A stretch of 64,000 nt of DNA, from NCBI GenBank assembly GCA_964016885.1, contig OZ024743.1:259160001-259224000 (forward strand), in the 5' to 3' direction. Positions 1 through 13,409 of this stretch are shown here, in pieces. The position numbers and the translations under genes are program-made. The notes under the pieces were generated by a model. It worked only from the letters and a program-made list of their open reading frames with translations. It was not told where the DNA came from and did not search any database. The stretch is from Eledone cirrhosa (lineage: Eukaryota). Numbering within the stretch: the stretch's first letter is position 1; the number at the start of each line of letters is the position of its first letter.

Positions 1-65
1 TCGTGTTGCCTTGGGCATTTAAACCTCTCAGGGTTTGGATACAACCCCGACTTCTTCCAGATAAT

Positions 66-154
<89 letters not shown>

Positions 155-744
155 TGAGTATGATAGATTTATCCGCTCGGGTGAAGAGAAACCAGATTGT
201 GATAGAAAGTAAGGAAGAGATATAGAGGAAAAATCGACCCCAGTACTAAAGAGGTACGTTATTGATCATGAAACGAAGAACGGTAAAGCTGACCTCGATG
301 GGATTTGAACACAAAGCGCAAAGAGATAGTACGAATACCACAAAGCATTCCCTCGGCCATCATTCTAACACCTTTATCAATTTCCCGTCTTTAGCATGAT
401 GTCGTTTTAAAATAACGCTATTATTGGTAACTAACAACAAATGAAATGACCAATTATTAATTGATGAGTTTCTAAAGAAAATCTAACATTAATGGGAATT
501 AGTTTTAAAACCAGCTGAAAGAATTCTTAAAATATATCTTTTCAATTGTACACAAATATACCTCATCAAAACATTTCCCTTTTGAAATATGTAATATCTT
601 TTTACGTGAAACAGGTAAAGTATTCATTTGAATTCTTTCTAATTTTAAAACAGGTTATAAATAAATTGTAAAATAATTTAAACTGAGCTGTAATTAAGCA
701 ACAAAGAAAAGAATAAGGATTTTGTTATTATTATTATTAGGATA

Positions 745-1405
745 AGGATGCTGTATTGGTAGAGCACCGGGCACCGTGCTTCATGGCATATAGTTACAGC
801 CTTTTACGTTCTGAGTTCAAATCCCACCGAGGTTAGCTTTGCCTTTCATCCTAACGGGGTTGATAAAATAAAGTATCAGTCACGCACTGGGTCGATTTAA
901 TTGACTTTCCCCTCCCACCAAATTGCTGGCCTTGTGCCTATAGCTGAAACCATAATTACTATTAGGATAAGGATGCTGGATTGGTTGTATCGGTAGAGCA
1001 CCGAGCAGCATGCTTCGTGGCATTTTACGTTCCGAGTTCAAATCCCACCGAGGTTAGCTTTGCCTTTCATCCTTATGGGGTCGATAAAATAAAGCACCAG
1101 TAATTCACTGGGGTTGATTTAATCGACTTTCCCCTCCTCCAAATTTGTTGGCGATGTACCTAAATCAGAATCCATTATTAGGATAACCAAGGGTGTTGGG
1201 TTTACAGAATTGGTAGATCGTCAGACAAAATGTTTTGTAGTTTTTAGGTATGACATTCTATGTTCTGAGTTCAAATTCTGGCGAGGTCAACTTTGTCGTT
1301 TATCTTTCTGGGGTCAATAATATAAAGTAGCAGTTAATTACTAGAGTCGATATAATCGATTTCCCCCACCTTTCCCAAATTTCTGGCCTTGGGCCAATGT
1401 TAGAA
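745..1405 (+). mobile_element. Three adjacent copies of tRNA-derived SINE family 1
   Basis: Each has an A-box-like head, B-box gagttcaaatccc and the conserved core aactttgcctttcatcc..ggggtcgataaaataaagtaccagt..ttgctggccttgtgcc. Confidence 0.85.
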
Positions 1406-1419
1406 TTATTATAATAATT

Positions 1420-1535
1420 GTTTCTACGTTTGGCACAGGCCAGCAAACACCCAGTACTTTATTTTATCGACCCCGTAAGGATGAAAGGCAAAGTTAACCT
1501 CGGGGGATTTGAACTCAGAATGGCAAGGGCCGTAG
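1420..1535 (-). mobile_element. SINE family 1, reverse copy (others at about 235-380, 3458-3582, 9410-9540, 57905-58100, 58120-58305)
   Basis: Reverse complement of the same core: ttttatcgaccccgtaaggatgaaaggcaaagttaacctcgg..gatttgaactcag. Confidence 0.85.
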
Positions 1536-1709
1536 CATTATTGTAATAAAGTGTGTTTAACTGTCAAAACCATTAGAGTGTAAGAAAATGTTACGGCTCT
1601 AAACGTTCTTTTATCTGGGGTCGATAAAATACAGTACTCACCAACTGCTGGGGATAAATAGAATCAACTTTCTTCTTCCGCCTAAACTATTGACTCCGTA
1701 AATAAATTG

Positions 1710-1886
1710 CCTTATTCTTCCATGTATCCCGCGCAGTTTTTCACTTTTTTCCTTGTTTACTATGGGCGAGCGTAGTATACACAATAACTAAATGTTATAC
1801 ACTAAAACTAGGCTTTTCCAAACATATTTCTCGTAAAAAAGAGTGCGTCTTATACACGAATGTGTGCAATACACGCCAGAATAAGG
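1710..1886. mobile_element. Degenerate pogo/Tigger-like MITE
   Basis: Imperfect TIRs ccttattcttccatgtat / atacacgccagaataagg followed by TA; internal gcgtcttatacacg-type motifs. Confidence 0.5.
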
Positions 1887-2504
1887 TAGAAATCATAATT
1901 AGGATGATCAGAATCCTGGTTGGGCAGACTCGTTAGAGGGTCGAACGAAACACTAAGTGGTATTTGTTCTGTTTTTTTACGTTCTAAGTTCAAATAATGC
2001 TGAGATTAATTTTACTTTTCATTATTCCAGGGTTGACACCATTAGGTATCAGTCAAGTACTGGGTCTATATAATGAACTTTTCCCTCCACCAAAATGCTG
2101 GCCTCGTGCATAGATTAAAAACCATTATCAATATGTTCTTAAAATAAGCATCAGTAATATAACGGTTCAGTGAACTGGATTATGATTTTTTTTCTCTTAA
2201 AAAATTGGCCTGAATTGGAAGTGAGAAACAACTGAAATCTAAGAGATTTTAGTCAGTCAAGCAAAGCGAATGAAATGTCTGCAGAGAGAACTAATTCTAA
2301 GAATCAATTCCGCCATGAGTTGCCACTTTCCAGCAACACTCACCATATTTTAAAACTGAATATAAATTTCTTTAGACAGGAGACTGGATATATTTCGTTA
2401 GGGAGTAGAGTAGTGAATTCAATCGATTACACCACCTACCTAGTGTCTTTTTTAGTAGGCATTCTTATTCTATTCTTATTTTATTCTTATTTTATTCAAG
2501 GACG

Positions 2505-2710
2505 GTCGGTTGGCAGTATCGGTAGAGGGTCGGATGCCATGTTATACACCATAGAGTTATGGCCCTTTATGATCTGAGTTCAAATCCCGCCGAGGTTAAC
2601 TTTTCCTTTCATCCTTACGGGGTCGATAAAATAAAGTACCAGTCACGCACTAGGATCGATTTAATCAACCTCCCCATTGTTGGCCTTGTGCCTATATAAG
2701 AAACCATTCT
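2505..2710 (+). mobile_element. SINE family 1 near-full-length copy (other + copies at about 1915-2125, 3655-3830, 4130-4330, 5370-5525, 20460-20640, 22255-22400, 45845-45935, 46285-46402, 46835-46990)
   Basis: ttggcagtatcggtagag A-box, ctgagttcaaatcccgccgagg B-box and conserved core; several copies are near-identical. Confidence 0.85.
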
Positions 2711-2922
2711 TCTTTTATTCTTCATTGGTTTTAGTGTTCAGGCTACGACCATGCTTGGGAAACACCTTGATTTAGTTGATTATATCGGTCTCAATACTTA
2801 TTTTTCAATTCTGGGACTTATTTTGCCGATCTTCTTTTGATGAACCACTAAGTTATGGAAAGTATACACAACCACAAAATGTAAACATAGACACAGACAG
2901 ATAAACTGACACACACACACAC

Positions 2923-2963
<41 letters not shown>

Positions 2964-5527
2964 TACACACTTACACACAAACACTCTCACACATACACAC
3001 ACACGCACACACATACATACATATATAATGAGCTTTTGCAGTGTCTATTAAATTATATTTTGTTAACAGTTGCTGCACTGCATACATTTTGGTTATTGTT
3101 GTTGTTATCAGCGATGCTGTCTGTAGTGTTGGTAGCAGCGTTCATAATGGTGGTGGTCGGAGTGGTGTCAAGGATAGAGCCGGTATCACGTGACAGCTGG
3201 CTTAACTTGGGTGGGGGGCGTATTCGTCCATATCTATTGACAAAAAAAAAATGCTTTTGAAAGAATAAAGTTGAAATATTTGGGCTTTAGGCCCAAATAT
3301 TATGGAGTGTCCTTTTAGAGAGCAATATATATATGAACTTATCAACAGATAACAAAATGTTTCCACAACTAGCAATTCAAAACAACTCAAAACAAGAAAC
3401 CATTCGGAGCTCACAATAACACATCTTCACAAGTCAGTCACCAATAATATTAATAATTGTTTCTACTTTAGGCGCAAGGCCAGCAATTTGAAGGGGAGGG
3501 GAAAGTCGATTAAATCGATCCAGTGCATTACTGGTGTTTTATTTTATCGACTCCGTAAGGAAGAAAGGCAAAGTTAACCTTCAATAATAATAATATACAC
3601 AAATCCAATATAACAACGATGCTCAACTGTTTCCAATGTTAACAACGTGACATTGGATTGGTAGCCTTGGTAGAGTGGGAAATAAAATACGTTGAAATAT
3701 TTTGTTACAGCTCCTTACATACCGAGTTCAAATCTCACCAGTATCAAGGGGTGATAAAATAAAATACCCATGAAGTAATGTGGGTGATGTACATCGACAA
3801 CATCTCCCCCGTGTCTGTAATAGAAATCAATAGTAACAACAACAAATGTGGAATGGTTACAAGCAACATGGAAATTAGATCGAAGGTTTTGCAGCCCGGA
3901 AGCTTGCTTTGAAATAGGGAACTTACGAAAAAATCAAATGGTTAGAAGCAACAACGAAATTAGATCGTAGCCTTTATAACCCGGAAGCATTCTTTGCAAC
4001 AGAAGGATCTTAGGAAAAAAACAACGAATCATTGATTTATCACATTAGAAGGTCACGCAATTTCTAGGAGGTGTATAATGAATTGGAACAATACAAAACT
4101 GACTTCTTATAATTTCATCAATCTTGTATTTGGTGGATTGCAAGAATCGTTAGCGTAACAGACACTTTTTTTTACGGTATTAGTTCATGCTGATTGCGTG
4201 TTCAAATATCGCCGAGGTCAACTTCGCCTTTTGTCCTTCCGAGGCCGATAAAATAAGTTACCTGTCAATTACTAGGTTTGATTTAATCGACATCACCCCC
4301 CCCCCCCCTAAATTGCTGGCAATGCGGATAAATTAAACACCCTTATTTGATGAAACTCGGACGAATGAAATACGAAAACAACCCGGTTACGACATGAACA
4401 GAGAATATTACAGGATAGAAATAAATATTATTGGCAGAATATAACCTTGAACCGAAATATTTATGCTATTGATTTATGTTCTATGAGAAAAAAAAAGTAG
4501 CTCATGAATTCCTCTTCATTTATCAGGGAAGAGAAAATCGTATTCTTTGTTGTCAATTCCATTCTCATTTGTTTTATCTACGTACGCTATGTAATGGAAA
4601 TTGTTATGCAGGAAATACCTTTATTCTTCAGTACCTAACAATAAGACTAGCGTTTCGTTTCTTCTTGATTAATCACAATGTCTTAGATATATTGTGTGAC
4701 GGGGAAAATAAGAGTCCTTGACATTAATGCTTTACTGAAGGGAAGAGAAATTACGACTAGTAGCATAGGAAACTTCACCCCGAATAACTTTTCTTTGAAA
4801 TAAAAGGTTAGTCTCAAGTCTAGGGGCGCACCAGGCTGATGCATACCCCAGTTTCATTGAGGTTAAATTTCTGAGAGTACATAACTTTTCCTGGACATGA
4901 CACCAGTCAATCGCAGGCAACCCATACTCAGTTTCAGTTGATTTGACTAAAGAAAGGAACATAACTTGGTATCCCGTTTAAGGAAGCGAACTCTCAACAT
5001 TGCGATCGTAAGTTCAATATACTAACCACTAGGCTGCGCGTGTTTACTTTCTTTGAACCGTCATTTCATTATTGTATTATTTGATATCTCCAATTCCGGT
5101 ATATAGCTTTGAGATAGAAAATGATTGTGTTTGACTATGAATGTTTTTTTTTGTGGTGAAGAGGGGAAACGAAACGAATTGAAGTGAAACAACTGCAACC
5201 AGCAATGATTTCAATGCAAAGGATCACTTATATAGGAACTCACCAGGCTTTTTGAATGATCTATCCCATCTATGGTCTGTGCTTTTCGTCTCAGGTGCCC
5301 ATGCACAACTTTCTCTGTAAATTGGTCCATTTTTTTATCATGTTCGAACATAGAATAGGATATTCCAAGGGCGGTGGATTGGCAGTATCGGTAGAGAGTC
5401 GGACGCCATGCTTTGAAGCATAGAGTTACGTCCCTTTATGATCTGAGTTCAAATTTCGCCGAGGTTAACTTTGCCTTTCATCCTTACGGGGTCGATAAAA
5501 TAAAGTACCAATAAAAGTAGAAACAAT

Positions 5528-6870
5528 TATTTTCTTCATGCTCATAAATCTGGGCAAGATGGTTGATTACCTTTTTCATCTGTTGAAGATGTTGCTTCAG
5601 TGTTAGTATCCGGGTCTCGCGTGATGTTAATATGGATTTTAGACCCCGGGCGCCCTCCTTGCGTGCGAAGTATAGCCTATCCATATCATCATTGATGTTA
5701 AAGTTTCCAGTAACACTGAGAAGTTGCAAGTTCTTACATCCATCTCACTGAGTTCTTGCAATGACCAGTTCAGCAGACCAAATGTTGGCGTTAGGATTGG
5801 CACAGCATAAGTATTATGGCCAATGTATTTGTTATACGCTGATAGTTCTGATGACCGTATTTTCTTTACTCTCCTGAGTTATTCAGTTCGGGTTTTCTCC
5901 TTATCTATGGGTCCATCATATCTGACATTCTCATCTTGTCCAGGATATCTGTAGTTGTTACCTGACTGTAGAGGTTGTATTGTCAAGCCATTCATCTTTA
6001 GATTCCCACGTTTTACTGTTAAATATGCACATTTGGACTCACCAAATTTCATTCAGATGTATGCAGAAAATTGTGTAATGTGGTCCAATTGCTTTTTGAT
6101 ATAGTTGGTATTTGGCTCATACAACTTCAGGTCATCAACAAAGAAAAGATGGGAGATACTTCTGGACCCACTTCTATCGCAACTTTGCTTTGTGAGCAGA
6201 TATGATAGTGGATTTAGTGTGAGGACGAAAAGCAGCAATGAAAGATGCCTTTCTGTTAGTGTATTATATTAGCCTTAATTTGTGTATTATATTAGCCTTA
6301 ATTAGTGTATTATATTAGCCTTAATTAGCCTTCTCATCCCTAACGATCAAATTGGTGTACCAGTTCTTAGTGAGGCGTTTAACAGCAGCTAATAGTGGTT
6401 GCGGGACTTTGGCTAACTGTAAAGCCTTAATAATCCACCCATGAGGTACACTATCAAATGTCTTCTGATAGTCCAGCCACACCACAGGCATGTTCCTGCA
6501 ATTCTTTTTCCTGTATCATTTTATTTGTTAGTAGGTGATCTATGCTGCCCCCCACCTCTTTTCTACCAGCTTGCTCAGGCGTTATAATGTTGTTGGAGGC
6601 ACAATGATCCTGTAAGAACAGGTTAAGGCACCCAGTGTATCATTTATACATGATGTTCTGGCAGGCTATTGGGCGGTAATTTTAGCAAGGGTAGTTTGGC
6701 TATTTTGGGGGATGAGGAGAGTAGTGGAAGTTGATAACCATTGGGACAGTTCTTGTGTGCCTTTGATGGCTTCTCTAAACAGCCGTATGGGATCATGCTG
6801 ATAGAAGGTGAAATTCTTCAGTCAGTATCCTGTTATGAGGTCTATTTTCTGTAGAGCTGTTTCCAATATT
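5528..6870 (-). mobile_element. Decayed non-LTR retrotransposon RT fragment, R4/Dong-like
   Basis: Broken frames give LNPLSYLL..ISHLFFVDDLKLY and DRLYFARKEGARGL, motifs typical of R4/Dong-type RTs; many stops and frameshifts. Confidence 0.75.
6256..6330. repeat. 23-bp tandem repeat, about 3 copies, inside the RT fragment
   Basis: gtgtattatattagccttaatt at 6259, 6282 and 6305. Confidence 0.9.
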
Positions 6871-8044
6871 GACCCATCTATGTCATATTGTTTTGTCTGT
6901 ACATCTATCATTCGTTTCCCATACAGATGTACGTGTGTATGTATGTATGTATGTATGTATGTATGTATGTATGTATGTATGTATGTATGTATGTATGTGC
7001 ATGTATATTTATATGTATGTTTATATGTATGTGCGTCTATGTGTGTGTGTGTATGTGCGGGAGTGTGTGCGTAATTTGAACAACTGAGTAAATAGATAAA
7101 TATCGTTCTACGAGTATGTGGCTGTACGTTGTTATACGTGTTACATATAAGGCGATTAAGATTAATATAAAGTTTTCAACCTCAGTCTATATTAGAACCA
7201 TATAATTCAAGGAAATAATTTTACTAGATCCTTCAAAATCTTCATGAATTAATTGAAACAGTGTTTCATTAGAAATACGCCCACAGAGGGGTTATTAACT
7301 GTGGTTTCACGATACACATTTCGGTGAGCTATTTATGATTAAATATTGATAATTGGTTCATGCACCAGAATTACTTTCACACTACAGGTTTCACTTTAAT
7401 TCACTTTTAACAAGACATAAAAAAGTGTGTGGTCGCTACTAGTGCGTAACAGCATATGGCTACGTTTTGAAGAGACGTGTGTATATGAACTTCTCAGAGG
7501 TACCAAGTAAAATAGTTGTAGAGAGTAGGCAGATGAAAGTTTCAGGGAATATGACATTATCAATATCAGGTAGGTTGTCACTATGGTAACCAATCTTTTG
7601 TAATCAATTCAGTCAACGAAAATAGCTGCGGTGATATTAGGTTGTCTAATTATTACTATCAGGTGCGAATTGCTGATACACAATACACTAATGAGTTTCG
7701 CTGAGTGTCACGTCTGAATGTTCGTTAGTGTGTGTATATGTGAATGTATGTTTGTGTGATTGTGTGTTAGCGTGTGTGTGTGAGTGTGTGGGTGTACGTG
7801 TGTATATGTGTAGATATGTACGTGTGTATATGTGTACATGTGTATGTGTGTACACAGCTGTGTTAATGTTATTACATTATCTACATAGATATATGCAAAG
7901 GCATTTACATCATATATCTGTTTGAGTTTATTTACACGTGAGTAGTAAATACGCACACGCACACGCACACACACGCACACACGCACACACACGCACACAC
8001 ATGCACACACATGCACATACACGTGTCTTTTACACCAGTAAAGA

Positions 8045-8460
8045 GTTTTCGGAGACATATCTGGAAGATTTTGTCCAGGGAACCTTTGAATGTCATAGGA
8101 TCTATTCCTGCCTTGATGTATTTCGGTATGATATTAAAGACAGCGGGTTTAGTTGTACTGAAGTAGTTGTGCCGTATCGTTGCTATGAGATGCGAGTTTC
8201 ATTTTTGTAGTGGGCGGTTAGCACGGGGACCAAGACTTGGGTGGTATTTAAAGTTGATGTCAACATCATTTGGGCAATGCTGAGGCAATATTTTCTACAT
8301 CATACGGTGGCGTTGGAAAGAATACAGTTTGAGATTTTCTGGTTACACCCAATAATCAAGGCCTGACGTACCGTCTCTCGTTTTTATAATTGGCCTCTAG
8401 GGTGCTTCAAGTTTCATAATACTTTGTTTCTTGTGAGGAGACCACAGTGAACATCAGTAT
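8045..8460 (-). mobile_element. CR1-group LINE ORF2 C-terminal remnant
   Basis: Manual translation gives LYSFQR..., TIRHNYFSTTKPAVFNIIPKYIK..DPMTFKGSLDKI, matching the CR1 C-terminal pattern. Confidence 0.65.
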
Positions 8461-8862
8461 TCAAAGTAGGGCCGTCGAAATGTTGGGTAAATATTCTATA
8501 GCCGTTGCACGCGAAGACGCCACGATGGAGTATTTATTTACTGTTTCTTCATAGATGCCTTTTATTCTTATAGCCTGGTCTAATTGATTTTTTGTGTGTT
8601 TAATTATGCTGATTGGGAGTAGAGATGATGTATATATATTATCAAATAATTCTCTGGACATGCTTTACTCTATAGTATTTCGCTCTGATTAATTTATTAA
8701 TTCTCCATTGAGCCACATCGTGAAAATTTGCAAAAACACATATATACCTGTGACTTTGTTTAATTGGTGTATGTGTAAATATTTATATTTAATAATCTCC
8801 CATGAGGTTCAGATAAAAATTTGGGCGATATTGGGCTGCGCTTTCTATATATATTCTATATA

Positions 8863-8892
<30 letters not shown>

Positions 8893-8895
<3 letters not shown>

Positions 8896-9024
8896 CGAAG
8901 GAAGTGTGGTAAGGAATCAGGTGGACCATAACGCACCAGAGTACTCGATACTTTGCGTAGTAGAGTGGGTAATAGGAAAAGAGTCAGAACCCCCACGGCA
9001 GAGCTCGGGGTTCTGACTCTTTTC

Positions 9025-9027
<3 letters not shown>
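8893..9027 (-). mobile_element. Short fold-back repeat family I (other copies at 19300-19475 +, 21660-21832 -, 42220-42290 -), probable PLE 3' ends
   Basis: Shared gtggtaagg..ggaccataacgcaccagagtactc..gtagtagagt block in three copies, each with its own terminal hairpin; the 42220 copy has only the ggaccccgacggctgagctcc part. All are flanked by microsatellites. Confidence 0.7.
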
Positions 9028-9069
<42 letters not shown>

Positions 9070-11075
9070 CATACTTACACACATACACATTCATACACAC
9101 ACACATATATATATATATACATATGCGTGTATGTGTATATATATAAACACATACACACTCAACATATCTAGTCTTCTTGAAAGTTAGGTCTCCAGTTTGG
9201 GAGGTACATTATGCCTCACTATATTCTGATGTATTAATTCGGGAGCCGGAATTAGGGATTCCAGTTGCACCTTACATTTTGGTACCTTGAGGAAATTTCA
9301 CAAAACGACTTCCGTTTTGCGAAATCAGCTCTAATTAATAGTCAACTATGTTGATAGTTTATTATCAATATTAGAGATATCTGTGTATTACATGTTGTAA
9401 GTCGTGTCTAATTGATGCACAAGGTCAGCAATTTTATTGGAGGGGAAATTCAATTATATCGATTCCAGTACTTGACTTGTATTTTATTTTATCGACCAAG
9501 AAAGGAGCAAAGGAGAAGTTGAGCACAGCGATTTAAACTGATCACATGCTATTAATACACCTATTTATTACTAAATCCTTTTATTTCAGTCTAAAGGCTA
9601 AGAGTGTACAGCACTAGTATCTAGGAAATATAAACATAAAACATAAAATGATCCGTTATTCAGCATTCAAGAAGTTTCATTCATAGAATTTTCTAGAGTG
9701 ATATATATCAGGGTGATCGATTAAATCTGATTGTACCTTTATTTGATTAATCTCGCTGCAAGTTCCAGAGGAATCTGTCGTCATGTTTATATTCAATATT
9801 CCATAGTAACTCTCTTCATTTATTTTAATATCCTGATAAAATCTTTTTCCATGTTTTTCACATAGATCACATACATTTTCATGGGGGTGATCAAAGTGAG
9901 TGCAGAATTAATGGACAGTGGTAGTCATTTTAGAACCAAACTTATTAACATTAAAGAACAGGTCCTTTACTGATTCAGCATAGTTATCTGTCTTATGGTT
10001 ACCCAAAATGTTTTGACAGCTAGAACAAAGTACATTACCATGTTACTTGATACATTGTCGCCAGTCCTATTCAACGTTCCGGACCTTAAACATAAATATT
10101 TTCTTCTCTGCTTTATTTGTTTTTGTGGCTGAAATAAATACATTGGATGGAAAGGGAATCAGTATAGAACTATGTCGAAAATATACATATAAACTGACGA
10201 TGAGATACTGGACAAATAATATTACAAACATCTTAGTACAAAATTTCTGATATTGCATTTGTTGTTAAAGAAACAAATGAATGTGCTATAATCGATTTCC
10301 TAAACATGGAGGGCACAATATTGAAAATTAAAACAAAAGCAAGAAACAACAAAAGCAAAACAACTACAAAAAACAGTGAATATAAAGTAACAAAATTCAA
10401 AAGAGAAACAACTTGAGATACGTAATCAGAACTTTGGGTTAAATAAAACTCTCAAGGATTTGAAGAAGGTCAAGTGTTATTCTCATTAGAGTCGGAACAG
10501 ATGGCTTTAAGCATAAAAAGGCTTCCATTCTACTTCAAACAACTTTAAATAAAACCAAACGTCACCATCATTAAAAAAATAATCTACACTGATTGGAACA
10601 GTTAATATGTTTAGAATGAACGTGGATTGGCAAGATCGATAGAGTGTCAGACAAAATACATGTGTAATATTAATATTTCATTAGGGCATTTCACGTTCTG
10701 ATTTCGAAATACTTCAAGTTTAACTGTGCTGTAAGCACTTTAACATCCTGTAATGATTTAGCAATATATATATATATATATATATAAAAACAAATAACGA
10801 AACGAAATCAAACTTCGTTTCGCTTCTAACTCACTTTTGTATGACTGACGCTTAAACAATTAAGTTAAAGTGTACATCTACATATGTATACGGAAGTATT
10901 AGTATGCATATAAATACACACATGTATACATATGTACATGTACTCAGCTTTTCACTAGACACTTTACAGTGAGTGTCAGCTAGTCTGTATGTAACCACAC
11001 AGGCGGACCGGGTTTTAGAGTCATACGAGTTTTCAAGGAAACACATTTCCTCTATTCTCCAGAGGGCCAGACAGG

Positions 11076-11120
11076 AATATTGGACTAGTTTCGATGTTAT
11101 TACATCTCATCAGCAATATT
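11076..11120 (-). ncRNA. Type I hammerhead ribozyme (family A, inverted arm)
   Basis: Exact reverse complement of 11274-11318. Confidence 0.9.
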
Positions 11121-11273
11121 TACCCATCTTCCGGCTTCTCTGGAGAATTGTAAAAGCACATATCGTTATATGCTTTTTCTATGCAAATTGGTCTACCCAC
11201 TACTAATTTTCATAGAAAAAGCATATAACGATATGTGCTTTTACAATTCTCCAGAGAAGCCGGAAGATGGGTA

Positions 11274-11318
11274 AATATTGCTGATGAGATGTAATAACAT
11301 CGAAACTAGTCCAATATT
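11274..11318 (+). ncRNA. Type I hammerhead ribozyme (family A)
   Basis: aatattg-CTGATGA-gatgt(aata)acatc-GAAA-ctagt-C-caatatt: 7-bp stem I, 5-bp stem II, palindromic ACTAGT stem III, GUC cleavage triplet. Confidence 0.92.
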
Positions 11319-11742
11319 CCTGTCTGGCCCTCTGGAGAATAGAGGAAATGTGTTTCCTTGAAAACTCGTATGACTCTAAAACCCGGTCCGCCTGTGTGGT
11401 TACATACAGACTAGCTGACACTCACTGTAAAGTGTCTAGTGAAAAGCTGAGTACATGTACATATGTATACATGTGTGTATTTATATGCATACTAATACTT
11501 CCGTATACATATGTAGATGTACACTTTAACTTAATTGTTTAAGCGTCAGTCATACAAAAGTGAGTTAGAAGGGAAACGAAGTTTGATTTCGTTTCGTTAT
11601 TTGTTTTTATCGTTTCCGCTGAACCGGTGCGTACAATGACTCACGTTCTATGCAAATTGGTCTACCCACTACTAATTTTCATAGAAAAAGCATATAACGA
11701 TATGTGCTTTTACAATTCTCCAGAGAAGCCGGAAGATGGGTA

Positions 11743-11787
11743 AATATTGCTGATGAGATGTAATAACATCGAAACTAGTCCAATATT
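11743..11787 (+). ncRNA. Type I hammerhead ribozyme (family A, second tandem copy)
   Basis: Identical to 11274-11318, exactly 469 nt downstream. Confidence 0.92.
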
Positions 11788-12005
11788 CCTGTCTGGCCCT
11801 CTGGAGAATAGAGGAAATGTGTTTCCTTGAAAACTCGTATGACTCTAAAACCCGGTCCGCCTGTGTGGTTACATACAGACTAGCTGACACTCACTGTAAA
11901 GTGTCTAGTGAAAAGCTGAGTACATGTACATATGTATACATGTGTGTATTTATATGCATACTAATACTTCCGTATACATATGTAGATGTACACTTTAACT
12001 TAATT

Positions 12006-12036
<31 letters not shown>

Positions 12037-12578
12037 CTATCTGAGTAACCCGTCGTTGCCAGGCAATAATCACATTTATTTCATTTTTTTAATTCCATGT
12101 CAGATATTATCTTCCCCTGGGTCGATTTATAATGTTTATATAAACAATGTTTCTGGTATTTTCCCATCTGGTGCATAGATGTAAAGATTTTTCTGACTTC
12201 CTACTCTTGAACAACCAGCGTAAAGCTGGCCATAAGTGAAGTAGGGCTTTTCAAAGTGTAAACCGGCAACCGAAAATGTTTGTCCTTGTGATTTATTGAT
12301 GGTCATGACAAAACTAAAACTGACTGGAAATTGAAGTCGTTTGAATTGAAATGAGACATCAATAGGGATAGGATGAATTCTTGGCATGAACATATCCTCT
12401 CCCCTACCATATCATCTTGAAATGGTGGCTTGAATCACGTGTGGATTCATATTTTTCACAAACAATCGAGTACCATTGCATAGCCTTGCTGGGGCGAAAT
12501 TCCTCAATAACATGATGGGTGCTCTTTTTTTAAGGTGAAAGACATGTGGAGGCATTATCGATGGTTCTAAAGAGTCTA
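12037..12578 (-). mobile_element. Helitron 3' fragment: PIF1-like helicase C-terminus and 3' terminus
   Basis: PIMLLRN..RLCNGTRL..FMPRI..FKRLQFPV..MTINKSQGQT..GQLYAGCSRV; ends in a GC hairpin (cctggcaacgacggg) followed by atagt, similar to CTAGt. Confidence 0.85.
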
Positions 12579-13409
12579 TAGCTTGATTGGGTACTCGCTG
12601 CCTTAACGCTACATCTGTTACTACATAATGGCATTGACAAAATTACTCAGAATAAGAGCAGAGAAGAAGAGTCTTTTCCGCAATACATATTAACAATATT
12701 AGTAATACGATAGGATAATTAATTACTGTTGTCCAAAACCACATATTTAAAGAAAGAGATGAGATTGTTTGAAACTCATTGCCCTTCAAGTATATATTGA
12801 AATGAGAAATAAAATTGCGTGCGTTGATGGTATAAAATGGCTGAGACTAACGGTTAATATGGAGCTCATTTCTTACTTTGTAGCGATTGCTAAGCCAGAA
12901 CATAATGCTTTGACTGTAATGAGGTCTGAGTAATACGGAGTAAAGTTGAAGCTAGCCACTGACTCAATCAGCTATCTGCGTTTGATACGTTTGGGAAGCC
13001 ATTTTGCTTTCACAGCTAATATTCTTGTAAAAACCGGGAACATCCAAATTTACGAAGAGATCAACCAAAATTAAACAACTGTTGCCGAAATATCAGGTAC
13101 TAGTCAAAATACGTTATTGACCGATTTGACCCGAAACGATTTCCTATTGATTAAGTTGCAGTTACTTCTAATGTGATAACATAATGATTAGTATATATAG
13201 AACATTTTATAGTGAAGTAGATAAAATATGAATATTTGATACTTCTAACCAAAACCTCTTTGTTGAAACCGTTCATTAAAACAGTCTATTCGGGCTGCAT
13301 TGAAATTTCTAAAAATAGTTATACTCTCAATAACTGTGAAATCACTGCAATCGAAAAGTTTCAGATTATGTTAGGCTACTGTAATTCTCAACAGTCCCAT
13401 ATCTAGAAT

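Larger units (their letters stand above)
10785..12010 (+). mobile_element. Non-coding hammerhead-bearing element, family A: about 400-bp inverted arm plus about 1.8 tandem 469-nt monomers
   Basis: 10785-11183 is the near-perfect reverse complement of 11211-11610; 11177-11541 is directly repeated at 11646-12010; (TA)n on both sides. Confidence 0.9.

Noticed and set aside
10973-11890. Thrice-repeated 72-77 aa ORF MSASLYVTT...
   Set aside because: Antisense to the ribozyme strand, GTG start, no recognisable domain; repeated only because the element is duplicated.
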